Source of the DNA: Gemmatimonadaceae bacterium
Lineage (GTDB): Bacteria; Gemmatimonadota; Gemmatimonadetes; Gemmatimonadales; Gemmatimonadaceae
Reading direction: 5' to 3'
Assembly: GCA_051859245.1 (NCBI GenBank)
Contig: JBHYGA010000001.1
Location: forward strand, 1,056,001 to 1,120,000
Length of the DNA stretch: 64,000 nt
In this document: one piece after another, positions 39,302-50,328 of the stretch
How the letters are laid out: every line of letters begins with the position of its first letter
Numbering within the stretch: the stretch's first letter is position 1
The notes under the pieces: generated by a model
Databases searched by the model: none
What the model saw: only the letters and a program-made list of their open reading frames with translations
Told to the model about the DNA's origin: nothing
Position numbers and translations under genes: made by a program

Positions 39302-40045
39302 ATGGGGTTGCGACACGTCAAGGAAGTCTTTGAGCACTACGGGCGAACCGATCCGATGTACGCCGTGCTCACCGACCACACTCGGCGTGGTGGCAAATGG
39401 GACCCGGCCGATTTTTTCGCGCACGGCCGAGAGGAGATTGCGCGGGTGATGCAGTATCTCACCGAGGCGAAGCTGGTGCCGGCGTTCGGAGATGCGTTGG
39501 ACTTTGGATGTGGTGTGGGTCGCCTCTCACAGGCGCTGGCCGCGCATTTTTCGCGCGTGACTGGCGTGGATATTTCGAGCACCATGGTGGCCGCCGCGGA
39601 GCAGCACAATACGGCTGGCGAACGCGTGTCGTACATCATGAACGACGTGCCCGATCTCAAGCGGTTCGAGACTGCCAGTTTCGATTTTGTGTATAGCAAC
39701 ATCACCTTGCAGCATGTGCCGCCCGAGCCGGCGCTCGGCTACATCGGCGAGTTTGTGCGGCTGCTCACGCCACACGGCCTAGCGCTTTTTCAGGTGCGCA
39801 TTGGCACGCGCGTTGATCCAGGCACGTTGTCCGCCTGGTGGTATCGGTTGCGACGCGAACATCTGCGACGGCTTTGGCAGCGCATGCGCGGACGCATTCC
39901 GTACGAAATGCACTTTGTTTCGCGTGCGCAGGTGGAAGAAGTCGTGGCAGCGCACGGTGGACGGATTGTTGATGTCCTGGATATGAGCCGCGAGCAGAAT
40001 GGGAAGAGTCTGCGGTTTGCGGTTCGGCGGGCGGCCGTTATCTGA
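39302..40045 (+). CDS. Class I SAM-dependent methyltransferase
   Basis: LDFGCGVGR, GVDIS, FDFVYS..LQH. Confidence 0.85.
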   Translation: MGLRHVKEVFEHYGRTDPMYAVLTDHTRRGGKWDPADFFAHGREEIARVMQYLTEAKLVPAFGDALDFGCGVGRLSQALAAHFSRVTGVDISSTMVAAAEQHNTAGERVSYIMNDVPDLKRFETASFDFVYSNITLQHVPPEPALGYIGEFVRLLTPHGLALFQVRIGTRVDPGTLSAWWYRLRREHLRRLWQRMRGRIPYEMHFVSRAQVEEVVAAHGGRIVDVLDMSREQNGKSLRFAVRRAAVI

Positions 40046-40105
40046 GGTCGCAGCTACGGCTGAGGTCGGCTGCTCAATGAATGTGCACGATTCCATTTTT
40101 CGATC

Positions 40106-40134
40106 TTGACGTGTTTTCAGGAAAGTGGTACCGT
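40106..40134 (+). promoter_or_regulatory. Sigma70-type promoter for the DsbA-like gene
   Basis: TTGACG (40106-40111), 17-nt spacer, TACCGT (40129-40134) with extended TGn. Confidence 0.55.
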
Positions 40135-40919
40135 CGAGCATCGCGAACTTCGGAGCTGCGCATGAAGTACTTGAGCAGGCGAGCAGGCGAGCAGGCGAGC
40201 AGGCGAGACGGCGCACCGGTAAGGTTTCCGAGTCTGCGCTCAATCTGGTTCTGACGATCGCCGTGGTGGCCGCCGCGTCAACGTACGTGTGGAAAGAAGT
40301 CGTAGGACCCTGGGTCTTTCCAGAGCCTTCACCTGTGGCAACCCAAGAGGGCGGTCCGCTAACGGCGACGCGCATTGACGACGCGTTGTGGACGCGCATT
40401 CTGACGACGGGACATGTGAACGGGCGTAGCGACGCCCCAGTGCAAGTCGCTGTGTTCTCGGATTTCGAGTGTCCGTTCTGCAAGAATCTCCATCCGCAGA
40501 TCAGGCAAATGCAGGCGCTCTTTGGTGACACCGTGGCTGTAATTCTTTTGCACTTCCCACTTCCGCAGCATCGCTTCGCTGAAGGCGCCGCAGTGGCAGC
40601 CGAGTGTTCAGCCTCAGAGCGCAGATTCGCGGAGATGGAAGACGCGCTGTTCGCGCGTTCCGATTCGTTCGGCTTGCGCTCATGGACAGCCTACGCCGTG
40701 GATGCCGGCGTTCGCGACACCATTGCATTCGCCGGCTGCCTGAAATCTGAGGAAATGCGAGGTCGTGTTTCGCGAGGTCGCGCGCTCGGGGAAGAAATCG
40801 GTCTCCGCGGCACGCCCACATTGTTGATCAATGGTGAGCAGTACTCCAGACCGCTCTCAAGCGGCGAGTTGGAAACCACGATTCGCGAACGCGCGGGAGG
40901 AGCCCAAACGAGGCAGTGA
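40125..40919 (+). CDS. Membrane-anchored DsbA/BdbD-family thiol-disulfide oxidoreductase; 5' end possibly frameshifted
   Basis: FSDFECPFC, HFPL..H, GTPT; the GTG at 40125 lies inside the predicted promoter, and the SD-preceded ATG 40162 is out of frame. Confidence 0.82.
   Translation: MVPSSIANFGAAHEVLEQASRRAGEQARRRTGKVSESALNLVLTIAVVAAASTYVWKEVVGPWVFPEPSPVATQEGGPLTATRIDDALWTRILTTGHVNGRSDAPVQVAVFSDFECPFCKNLHPQIRQMQALFGDTVAVILLHFPLPQHRFAEGAAVAAECSASERRFAEMEDALFARSDSFGLRSWTAYAVDAGVRDTIAFAGCLKSEEMRGRVSRGRALGEEIGLRGTPTLLINGEQYSRPLSSGELETTIRERAGGAQTRQ
40173..40204 (+). repeat. Tandem repeat (GAGCAGGC)x4 followed by degenerate GAGACGGC
   Basis: Read directly from the sequence. Confidence 0.95.
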
Positions 40920-40968
40920 CCTTAGTTCCCGTATAATCGACGTACCCCATCACGACGGAGTGTTGGAA

Positions 40969-41262
40969 ATGACCAAGCTTACTTTCCGGGTTCGTGCATT
41001 TATTGCGATTGCGATGATCAGCGCTATTTGGTCGTCCGAGCCCACGGAAGCAGCTGCTGCTCAGTCTGCCTCGTCATGCTATGTCTGTCTAGGCATCGGC
41101 GGTTCGTGTCCTGCTCCGCAAGATTTGGGTGACTACACTGCAGCATGTTTGTCACGGTGTGGCTCTTTCTCATACCCTGGAGGATGTGGATCGCACCCCA
41201 ATGGCTACACGCCGGAGTGTGGCAACGACGAAGTTGTGTGGTGTTACGACCCTGCACGATGA
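40969..41262 (+). CDS. Secreted cysteine-rich miniprotein (97 aa, 8 Cys)
   Basis: GGAG upstream; signal peptide ending AAAA-Q; 8 Cys in the mature region. Confidence 0.7.
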   Translation: MTKLTFRVRAFIAIAMISAIWSSEPTEAAAAQSASSCYVCLGIGGSCPAPQDLGDYTAACLSRCGSFSYPGGCGSHPNGYTPECGNDEVVWCYDPAR

Positions 41263-42149
41263 GTTTACACGATTCATCCGAGGGTGTGCGGGTGTCGCCT
41301 CTTTACAAGGTTCTTTTGCGCAAATGCGCTGGAGCTATTTCTATCCCGCCACAACTGCGAAGGTTCGCGGTCGTGGCGGCCAGCGCGCTGCTCGCTTTAG
41401 GCTACGTGAACGAAGCGTCGGCGCAGAACGTCATTGTGCAGGTTACCGATTCAGTTGGCCAGCCTATTCCGTTCGCGCTGGTCGACGTGAACTCGGTGAC
41501 GGGACGGGTCGCTGACACGGCAGGGTTCGTGCGCGTGGCGAATGTACGCGGCGAGACGCTCAAAGTGCGCGCGAGACGCATCGGATATGTGCCTGTTGAG
41601 ACCACGCTACGTCGAACATCCGACAACGACGCGTTTCGCATCGTGCTCAAGCGCGTCGCGAGCGAAATTGAGAGTGTGTACGTGCGCGCGGAGCGGTCAA
41701 CGACCGTTTCTCGCACAGGCTTCTACGACCGAATGGAACGGGTTCGAAACGGCGCCATCGTTGCAGAGTTCATCACGCCCGAGGAACTAGACCAGCGTAA
41801 ACCCATGCAGATCTCGCACATCCTGCAGGGCCGACGTTACGTTCAGGTACAACGGGAAGGAAGCCGGTCGAGGGCAGTTATGCTTGGGCGCGGCAGATGC
41901 AAAATGACAATTCTTCTCGATGGTGTGCGAATGAACGGCGTCATTGGGCCCGGCGAAGGTCGCGACCCCGTGGGTCCACTCGGAATCAGCGCCCCCATGA
42001 ACCTCTCCATCGACGAACTGGTGGAAGGCGGTTCGGTGGCTGCGGTTGAGATCTACCCCAGCACCGCCAACGCCCCCGCCGAGCTCATCCCCCTCACCGG
42101 CGGCGGTTCCTGCGGCATCATCGCACTTTGGACCGGCGGACGGCGGTAG
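41259..42149 (+). CDS. Exported protein: carboxypeptidase-regulatory-like domain + TonB-plug-like domain, copy 1
   Basis: VTDSVGQPIPFALV..RRIGY; GFYDR..FITPEEL; VAAVEIY..CGIIALWT; start uncertain. Confidence 0.7.
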   Translation: MSLHDSSEGVRVSPLYKVLLRKCAGAISIPPQLRRFAVVAASALLALGYVNEASAQNVIVQVTDSVGQPIPFALVDVNSVTGRVADTAGFVRVANVRGETLKVRARRIGYVPVETTLRRTSDNDAFRIVLKRVASEIESVYVRAERSTTVSRTGFYDRMERVRNGAIVAEFITPEELDQRKPMQISHILQGRRYVQVQREGSRSRAVMLGRGRCKMTILLDGVRMNGVIGPGEGRDPVGPLGISAPMNLSIDELVEGGSVAAVEIYPSTANAPAELIPLTGGGSCGIIALWTGGRR

Positions 42150-43001
42150 GTGCCGCACGATCAAGGTTGGCCTCGACCGCGTTTCATCGCGCCACAACTG
42201 CGAAGGCTCGCGGTCGTGACGGCCAGCGTGCTGTTTGCGTCGCTCTACGTGAGCGAAGCTGCGGCGCAGACTGTGGTTGTACAGGTTACCGATTCAGTTG
42301 GCCAACCTATTCCGTTCGCACTCGTCGACGTGAACTCGGTGACGGGACGCGTGGCCGACACCGCAGGCTACGTGCGCGTTGCGAATGTTCGCGGGGAGTC
42401 ACTGAAGGTGCGTGCGCGACGGATTGGGTACACGCCCGTCGAAACTACGCTACGTCGCACATCCGACAATGACGCGTTTCGCATCATGCTCAAGCGCGTC
42501 GCGAGCGAGATCGAGAGTGTGTATGTACGCGCGGAGCGGTCGACCACTGTTTCCCGCACGGGCTTCTATGACCGAATGGAACGCGTGCGGAACGGTGCGA
42601 TCGTCGGCGAGTTCATTACACCTGAGGAGCTTGACCAGCGAAAGCCCCTACAGATTTCGCATATCCTTCAGGGCCGCCGATACGTCCAAGTTCAACGGGA
42701 AGGCGGCCGTTCTCGCGCGGTCATACTCGGTCGCGCCCGGTGCACAATGACTATTCTGCTCGACGGCGTACGCATGAATGGTGTGCTCGGGCCGGGCGAG
42801 GAAACAGAGGCGGAACGCGCGCCGATGCAGTCGAGGAGGATCACGTCGATGAACCTTTCCATAGATGAACTCGTCGAAGGCAACGCCGTCGCTGCCGTCG
42901 AGATCTACCCAAGCACCGCCAACGCCCCCGCCGAGCTGATCCCCCTCACCGGCGGCGGCTCCTGCGGGATCATCGCCCTCTGGACGGGCGGGCGGCGGTA
43001 A
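42150..43001 (+). CDS. Tandem paralogue of the preceding gene, copy 2
   Basis: Nearly identical protein including the C-terminus; start uncertain. Confidence 0.72.
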   Translation: MPHDQGWPRPRFIAPQLRRLAVVTASVLFASLYVSEAAAQTVVVQVTDSVGQPIPFALVDVNSVTGRVADTAGYVRVANVRGESLKVRARRIGYTPVETTLRRTSDNDAFRIMLKRVASEIESVYVRAERSTTVSRTGFYDRMERVRNGAIVGEFITPEELDQRKPLQISHILQGRRYVQVQREGGRSRAVILGRARCTMTILLDGVRMNGVLGPGEETEAERAPMQSRRITSMNLSIDELVEGNAVAAVEIYPSTANAPAELIPLTGGGSCGIIALWTGGRR

Positions 43002-43095
43002 GGGGCTCGGCAGTAGCCTGGACCAGCGGGGCGGGTGAGCCAGCAGCGCCCTCCCCGCTGGCAATCCCACCCCGCCTCGGCTATGTTCCAAGGCT

Positions 43096-44454
<1,359 letters not shown>

Positions 44455-44569
44455 CCGAACGCGTCGCGACTAACGCGACGATTACACAACCCGAGTGCGC
44501 ATCGGAAACGCCGATGTCGCGAGGAGCTCGGTACCGCACTGTTCACACTCTGCAGCGAGGCAGTACCCA

Positions 44570-44899
44570 ATGGCCGTAAAGATTCGCCTCCGTCGTGAAG
44601 GACGGAAAAAGACCCCGATGTATCGTATCGTTGTTGCCGATTCGCGCGCTCCGCGTGATGGCCGCTTCGTGGAAATCATCGGACAGTACCAGCCGCGCAT
44701 CGCGGAGAATGCGATCAATCTCAAGATCGATCGCGTGAACTACTGGTTGAACGTTGGCGCGCAGCCCACCGATACGGTGCGTTCGCTTCTGCGTAAGGCC
44801 GGCGTGCTCAAGGCGCGTCACGAAGCGCGTCTGGCGTCCAAGCTCGGCGCTGCTGCTGTGCCGCTCTCCGAGACGGCTTCGGCCGAGGCGGAAGGCTGA
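44570..44899 (+). CDS. rpsP: 30S ribosomal protein S16
   Basis: [37 protein letters not shown]. Confidence 0.98.
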   Translation: MAVKIRLRREGRKKTPMYRIVVADSRAPRDGRFVEIIGQYQPRIAENAINLKIDRVNYWLNVGAQPTDTVRSLLRKAGVLKARHEARLASKLGAAAVPLSETASAEAEG

Positions 44900-45417
44900 G
44901 CAACAGACTGCTTGTCGGTCGGGTGCGTCGCGCACATGGTGTGCGTGGCGCGCTGCTGATCGAACCGAAGTCCGACGTGCCGGGTGCGGTGTTCGCGCCC
45001 GGCCGTGTCGTTTATATCGGCACGGCCGACGGCGCGCGCGTTGACGAGCAGCCGCGGGAAATCACCGAGGCGCGTGAAGCGAACGCGGGTTGGATTGTGT
45101 CGCTCGAGGGTGTGAGCGATCGCAATGTGGCCGAGTCGTGGAAAGCGCGCACGGTGTTTGCCGATGCAGACACGCTACCGCCGCCCGACGAAGACGAAGT
45201 GTACATGCACGAGCTTGTCGGGCTGACGGTGCATGCGTTTGACGGCTCTGTCGCCGGTCCAGTAGTCGACGTGTACGAAGCGCCGCAGGGACTACTGATT
45301 GAGGTCGAAACAGAGAACGGCAAGAAACTTGTGCCGTGGCGCGACGAACTCATTGAGCATGCCGATTGGGACGCGCGCAAGGTGACGCTGGTGAACTTGC
45401 CCGGCCTGCTCGACTGA
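44896..45417 (+). CDS. rimM: Ribosome maturation factor RimM (probable CTG start)
   Basis: [31 protein letters not shown]; position between rpsP and trmD. Confidence 0.9.
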   Translation: MSNRLLVGRVRRAHGVRGALLIEPKSDVPGAVFAPGRVVYIGTADGARVDEQPREITEAREANAGWIVSLEGVSDRNVAESWKARTVFADADTLPPPDEDEVYMHELVGLTVHAFDGSVAGPVVDVYEAPQGLLIEVETENGKKLVPWRDELIEHADWDARKVTLVNLPGLLD

Positions 45418-45428
45418 TCGAGGCGCGC

Positions 45429-46208
45429 GTGCTCACGATCAACATTATCACGATCTTCCCGGGCTTTTTTGACGGACCTCTCGGATTGAGCATTCCGGCG
45501 CGCGCGGCCGCCGCTGGTGGTGTGACGTATCGCTGCATTGATCTGCGCGATTTCACGCACGACAAACACCGCAGTGTCGACGATTATCCGTTTGGTGGTG
45601 GACCGGGCATGGTGATGCGTCCAGGTCCGTTCTTCGAAGCGGTTGAGTCAGTTGGTGCGACGTCGCCAATCGTATTGATGTCAGCGCGCGGAAGAAAGTT
45701 TACGCACGCCGACGCCGTACGATTCGCCGCAGGAACTGAGCTGACGCTGCTCTGCGGTCACTACAAGGATGTTGACCAGCGCGTGGCTGATCATCTCGCG
45801 ACGGAAGAGCTCTCACTCGGTGATTTCGTATTGTCGGGTGGTGAACCGGCCGCGCTCGCAATCGTTGACGCCACCGTGCGGTTGTTGCCCGGCGCGATGA
45901 GCGATCTCGAAAGCGCGCGGACCGATTCGTTCTATGATCGTGGTATCAGCGCTCCGAGTTATACGCGGCCGGCGGAGTATCGCGGGTTTACGGTGCCGGA
46001 CGTGCTCATCGGCGGCGATCACGCGAAGGTCGACGCGTGGCGCGACGAGCAGTCGCTTCAGCGTACGCGTGAGTCGGAGGCGCGTGATCGTGAGCTCACC
46101 GCCGCGCGCGAACGAGAGATCGCGGCGCGCGAGGCGGTGATTGCTGAACGTGAAGCGGCGGAAGCGGCGCGTCTCGCAAAGAAAGCGCGCAAAAAGAAAC
46201 GTTCATAG
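45429..46208 (+). CDS. trmD: tRNA (guanine37-N1)-methyltransferase
   Basis: DDYPFGGGPGMVM, LCGHY, SLGDFVLSGGE, YTRP. Confidence 0.97.
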   Translation: MLTINIITIFPGFFDGPLGLSIPARAAAAGGVTYRCIDLRDFTHDKHRSVDDYPFGGGPGMVMRPGPFFEAVESVGATSPIVLMSARGRKFTHADAVRFAAGTELTLLCGHYKDVDQRVADHLATEELSLGDFVLSGGEPAALAIVDATVRLLPGAMSDLESARTDSFYDRGISAPSYTRPAEYRGFTVPDVLIGGDHAKVDAWRDEQSLQRTRESEARDRELTAAREREIAAREAVIAEREAAEAARLAKKARKKKRS

Positions 46209-46251
46209 CGCGGGTCTGCACTGCAGCGCGAGCGCTACCAAACGCGTTCCG

Positions 46252-47109
46252 CTAGCGAGCGCTGAACGTATCGCACGCATCCGGATCGCCGCTCTGCAAT
46301 CCGCGACGGAACCACTCCATGCGCTGTGCCGACGTGCCGTGGGTGAACGCTTCCGGTGACACGCGCGTGCCGCTCATGCGCTGCAGCCGGTCATCACCAA
46401 TGGCTGCGGCCGCGGCGAGTCCTTCGTCTACATCGCCTTCATCAAGCAAGTTGCGCTGCGCGGTGGAGTGCGCCCACACGCCCGCGTAACAGTCGGCTTG
46501 CAACTCCATGCGGACCGAGAGCTGATTGGCCTGCGCCGGTTGACGCGCCTGCAGTTCACGAACCTGCGACGAGGTACCCGTGACGGTTTGAATGTGATGT
46601 CCGATTTCATGCGCGAGCACATACGCCTGCGCAAAATCCCCGGCCGCGCCAAATCGCGAGTGCAGCTCCTCGAAGAACTCGAGATCGATGTACACCTTCT
46701 GATCGCCCGGGCAGTAGAACGGTCCGGCCTGGGACTGTCCGGTACCGCACGCCGTGGGAGTCGCAGCGCGATACAGCACCAGCGTGCTTGGTGGGTACTG
46801 ACTGCCGTCGGCCGCGAACAGTTTGGCCCAGGTGTCCTGCGTGTCATTCAGTACGAAGGTCACGAAGTCCACCAGGCTGTCTTCTGCGGGTGATGACACG
46901 ACCGGTCCGCCGGGACCTTCCATCGTCATGCCGGGCGCGCCGCCGCCGGGGGCTGCGAGACTGAGAAAGTCCTTCTTGAAGACGAAGCTCAGGATCGCGA
47001 GCAGCACGAGTCCGCCCAGTCCTACCCGCATGCCGCCCCCACCGCCGCCCCCGCTGGCGCCGCGACGATCTTCGAGGTTGCTACTGCGATTTCCCGGGGA
47101 CCAGCGCAT
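46252..47109 (-). CDS. YpfJ-like neutral zinc metallopeptidase
   Basis: SSNLEDRRG, GPFYCPGD, AHEIGHH, ELQADCYAG, FTHGTSAQR. Confidence 0.9.
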   Translation of the reverse strand: MRWSPGNRSSNLEDRRGASGGGGGGGMRVGLGGLVLLAILSFVFKKDFLSLAAPGGGAPGMTMEGPGGPVVSSPAEDSLVDFVTFVLNDTQDTWAKLFAADGSQYPPSTLVLYRAATPTACGTGQSQAGPFYCPGDQKVYIDLEFFEELHSRFGAAGDFAQAYVLAHEIGHHIQTVTGTSSQVRELQARQPAQANQLSVRMELQADCYAGVWAHSTAQRNLLDEGDVDEGLAAAAAIGDDRLQRMSGTRVSPEAFTHGTSAQRMEWFRRGLQSGDPDACDTFSAR

Positions 47110-47324
47110 AGGGCAACTCCAATCGGTGAGGACAGCGCGGGGAGGACGGATTCGGTCGATTCGACGCATGTCGCGTCGACTAGTGAGCAGACGCAGCGAG
47201 TCGCAGCGAGGTATACCAAGTTGCAGCAGACGCTTGGGACGAAGCTACCCGCGGCGCTGGCCGCTGCAACAGTGGGTACACCGCGGCACGTTCCTCAGTG
47301 TGTGATTTCGCCTACATTTGTCGC

Positions 47325-48761
47325 ATGACCGTCACCGCCAGTACCACGAAGTCCGAGCCCGCGCCCGCGAAGAAGTACGATCGATCGATCGTGGAGGGGC
47401 CGCTACTGCCCGCCGTCTGGCGACTGGCGTGGCCGACCATGCTGCAGAACATCATTGGTGGGCTGCAAGGCGTGATTGATCACGCCATGGTCGGGCACTT
47501 TGTGGGTTACACGGGCAATGCGGCCATTGGTGTGAGCCTGCAAATCTTTCTTGTCGTCGTCGTGTTCATCTCGTCGTTGTTCACGGGCATGAGCATTCTG
47601 GTGGCGCGCTTTGCCGGCAGTGGCGATACGGAGAAGGTGAATCGCACGGTGTATCAGGCGTTTCTCACGGCCGTCGCGCTTTCGGTGTTCGTGCTGGCGC
47701 CGCTTGGTTACGTGTTTGCGCCGTCACTGCTCAACATTGTGAATGCCGCACCCGATGTGCAGCGCGAAGCGTTGCCGTACTTGCGTATCATGTTCGGCTT
47801 CAGCTTTGGCATGTTGATCTTCTTCATGCTCGGCGGCGCGCTGCGTTCGGCGGGAGATGCGCGCACGCCGCTGCGTGTTGGCGTGTATGTCACGGCAATG
47901 AACATCACACTCAACGTGATCCTCATTCGTGGCTGGGGGCCGATTCCAGCGCTCGGGACCACCGGTGCAGCGATGGGCACGGTGATCGCGACGGGCACAG
48001 CGGCGTTTTACGCGCTCTATTCGCTCTGGCGCGGATCGTGGGTCGTACGCTTCCCGCGCGGTGGTCCGTGGAGGCCCGACTGGGATGTGATTCGCGCGCT
48101 ATTTCGTTTTGGATTACCGGCCGGCGTGCAGGGTATCGCCATGAACATTGGCGGTGTGTTGCTGTTGGGCTTTATCGGATCACTCGCATTGAGTGCGCAG
48201 GCGCAGGCCGCGTACGCGGTCGCGTATACGGAACTGTTCAGCCTGATCACGTGGACGTCGGTCGGCCTCATGGGCGCCGTCGCCGCGGTGACGGGACAGA
48301 ACATTGGCGCCGGAAAACCTGAACGTGCAGAAGAGGCGGCGCATGTCGCGGCGCGTTTTGCCTTTGGAGGCGCGTTGCTCATCGGCCTCATGTTCGTGCT
48401 CATGCCACGAGTGCTGCTCGGCGTCTTTGGCATGCGCGATCCCGTGGTCGTTGAGCTTGGTGTGCAGCTCTTGCGTTACCTGAGCGTATCGGGCGTGTTC
48501 ATTGCCGTGGCGCTCACGTACACCGGCGCGCTGCAAGGGTCTGGTGATACGCGCAGTCCGCTGTACATCTCGATTGTATCGCAGGTGGTGCTGCCCATTG
48601 GCATCTGCTTTCTGGTGCAACGTTTCGGGACGCTGCAACCCGCGCACATCTGGTCCGCGATTGTGGTCGGGCACGTCACGCGCTGCGTACTGAGTGCCGC
48701 GCGTTTTCGACAGGGGCGGTGGCGCAGCATCAACGTGAACATCGAGCAGCGAGCGCGTTAG
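47325..48761 (+). CDS. MATE family efflux transporter
   Basis: LAWPT, GDARTPL and GDTRSPL internal repeats, multiple TM helices. Confidence 0.9.
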   Translation: MTVTASTTKSEPAPAKKYDRSIVEGPLLPAVWRLAWPTMLQNIIGGLQGVIDHAMVGHFVGYTGNAAIGVSLQIFLVVVVFISSLFTGMSILVARFAGSGDTEKVNRTVYQAFLTAVALSVFVLAPLGYVFAPSLLNIVNAAPDVQREALPYLRIMFGFSFGMLIFFMLGGALRSAGDARTPLRVGVYVTAMNITLNVILIRGWGPIPALGTTGAAMGTVIATGTAAFYALYSLWRGSWVVRFPRGGPWRPDWDVIRALFRFGLPAGVQGIAMNIGGVLLLGFIGSLALSAQAQAAYAVAYTELFSLITWTSVGLMGAVAAVTGQNIGAGKPERAEEAAHVAARFAFGGALLIGLMFVLMPRVLLGVFGMRDPVVVELGVQLLRYLSVSGVFIAVALTYTGALQGSGDTRSPLYISIVSQVVLPIGICFLVQRFGTLQPAHIWSAIVVGHVTRCVLSAARFRQGRWRSINVNIEQRAR

Positions 48762-48824
48762 GAACGACCGCGTCACGAATCGCGGCGTCAGGAACTCCCG
48801 CGAAACGCAGTCGTTGATACGTGC

Positions 48825-50324
48825 ATGACTGCACTCCGTCCTGCCATCGTCTGGCTGCGCAACGATCTGCGTTTGCATGACCACGAGCCGCTGCACCGCG
48901 CAATCGCCACGGGTGCACCTGTGTGTCTGGTGTATTGCGTTGACCCGCGGCAGTTCGCCACGCTGGAGATCGGAGCCCCCAAAACAGGCGCATTTCGCGC
49001 TCGTTTCCTGCTCGAAGCACTCGCTGATCTGCGACACTCGGTCCGTGCCTTGGGGGGCGATCTGGTGGTGCGCGTTGGAGAGCCTGAGCAGGTGCTCCCC
49101 GCGATCGCGCGCGAGGTGAACGCCGGTGAATTGTACTATCAGGCGGACGTGGCGAGCGAAGAGCAGCGTGTGGAGCGTGCGGTTGTGCGCGCGCTCGATG
49201 CGCTGCAGGTCAAGACTCGCGACTTCTGGGGACACACGCTGGTCCATCGCGACGATCTGCCGTTCAGCATACACGGCTTGCCCGATGTGTTCACGCAGTA
49301 TCGCAAGCGCGTTGAGTCCGCACTGAAGGTTCGCGCGGCGCTGCCGGCGCCCTCCACGCTACGATGCGTCAGCATTGAAGCCGGCGACATGCCTACGCTT
49401 GCATCACTCGGACTCAACGAGCCAGCACGCGATCCGCGCACCACGATGGAGTTCCGCGGCGGCGAACAGGCCGCACTCGCACGGCTGGCTGAATGGATGT
49501 GGGAAGCGGACCGTCTTCGCACGTACAAAACAACGCGCAACTTCATGTTGCACGCCGACGACTCCAGCAAGCTCTCACCGTGGCTCGCGCTTGGCTGCCT
49601 GTCGCCCCGACGCGTGTACGAAGAGGTGTTGCGCTACGAGCGAGTGCGAGTGCGCAATGACGACACCGCGTGGCTCATCTTCGAGTTGCACTGGCGCGAC
49701 TATTTCCGCTTCATCGCGGCCAAGTGGGGCGACAGACTCTTCCACGCGGGCGGCTTGAACGAGCTGCGCTTTCCCTGGCGCGGCCTCACATCGCAAAAGG
49801 CCCGTGATGAGTTCACCGCCTGGCAACACGGGATCACCGGCTTTCCGCTGGTCGATGCCGCCATGCGTGAGCTCGCCGCCACCGGCTTCACAAGCAATCG
49901 CACACGGCAGAACGTCGCCAGTTTCCTCACGCGTGTGCTTGGCCTTGACTGGCGACTGGGCGCCTCATGGTTTGAGTCGTGCCTGATCGACTACGATGTC
50001 GCGAGCAACTGGGCCAACTGGGCGTACGTGGCGGGTGTTGGAAACGACGCGCGCGGTTTCCGCTTTTTCAACGTGCACAAACAGGCCGTGGACTACGACC
50101 CCAACGGTGAATACGCACGGCACTGGATGCCTGAGCTTGCGGCGCTACGCGGTGCGCGAGCCTACCGCCCCGATACGCTCACGCCGGATGAGCAGGCACG
50201 ATTTGGCGTGGTACTCGGCACGGATTATCCGCGGCCGATCGTGGACATGTTTCGATCGGCCGAACACAACGCGGAGAAATACAAAGTGGCTGTTGCCAAA
50301 CTTCCCGCGCCGCGATTTTCCTGA
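48825..50324 (+). CDS. DASH-family cryptochrome/photolyase
   Basis: WLRNDLRLHD, FTQYRKRVE, SKLSPWLALG, SNRTRQNVAS, YVAGVGND. Confidence 0.85.
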   Translation: MTALRPAIVWLRNDLRLHDHEPLHRAIATGAPVCLVYCVDPRQFATLEIGAPKTGAFRARFLLEALADLRHSVRALGGDLVVRVGEPEQVLPAIAREVNAGELYYQADVASEEQRVERAVVRALDALQVKTRDFWGHTLVHRDDLPFSIHGLPDVFTQYRKRVESALKVRAALPAPSTLRCVSIEAGDMPTLASLGLNEPARDPRTTMEFRGGEQAALARLAEWMWEADRLRTYKTTRNFMLHADDSSKLSPWLALGCLSPRRVYEEVLRYERVRVRNDDTAWLIFELHWRDYFRFIAAKWGDRLFHAGGLNELRFPWRGLTSQKARDEFTAWQHGITGFPLVDAAMRELAATGFTSNRTRQNVASFLTRVLGLDWRLGASWFESCLIDYDVASNWANWAYVAGVGNDARGFRFFNVHKQAVDYDPNGEYARHWMPELAALRGARAYRPDTLTPDEQARFGVVLGTDYPRPIVDMFRSAEHNAEKYKVAVAKLPAPRFS

Positions 50325-50328
50325 GCGT

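Noticed and set aside
43023..43061. SRP RNA (ffs) upstream of ffh
   Set aside because: Only a short GC hairpin (CCAGCGGGG/CCCCGCTGG) lacking the GGAA tetraloop and conserved internal loops
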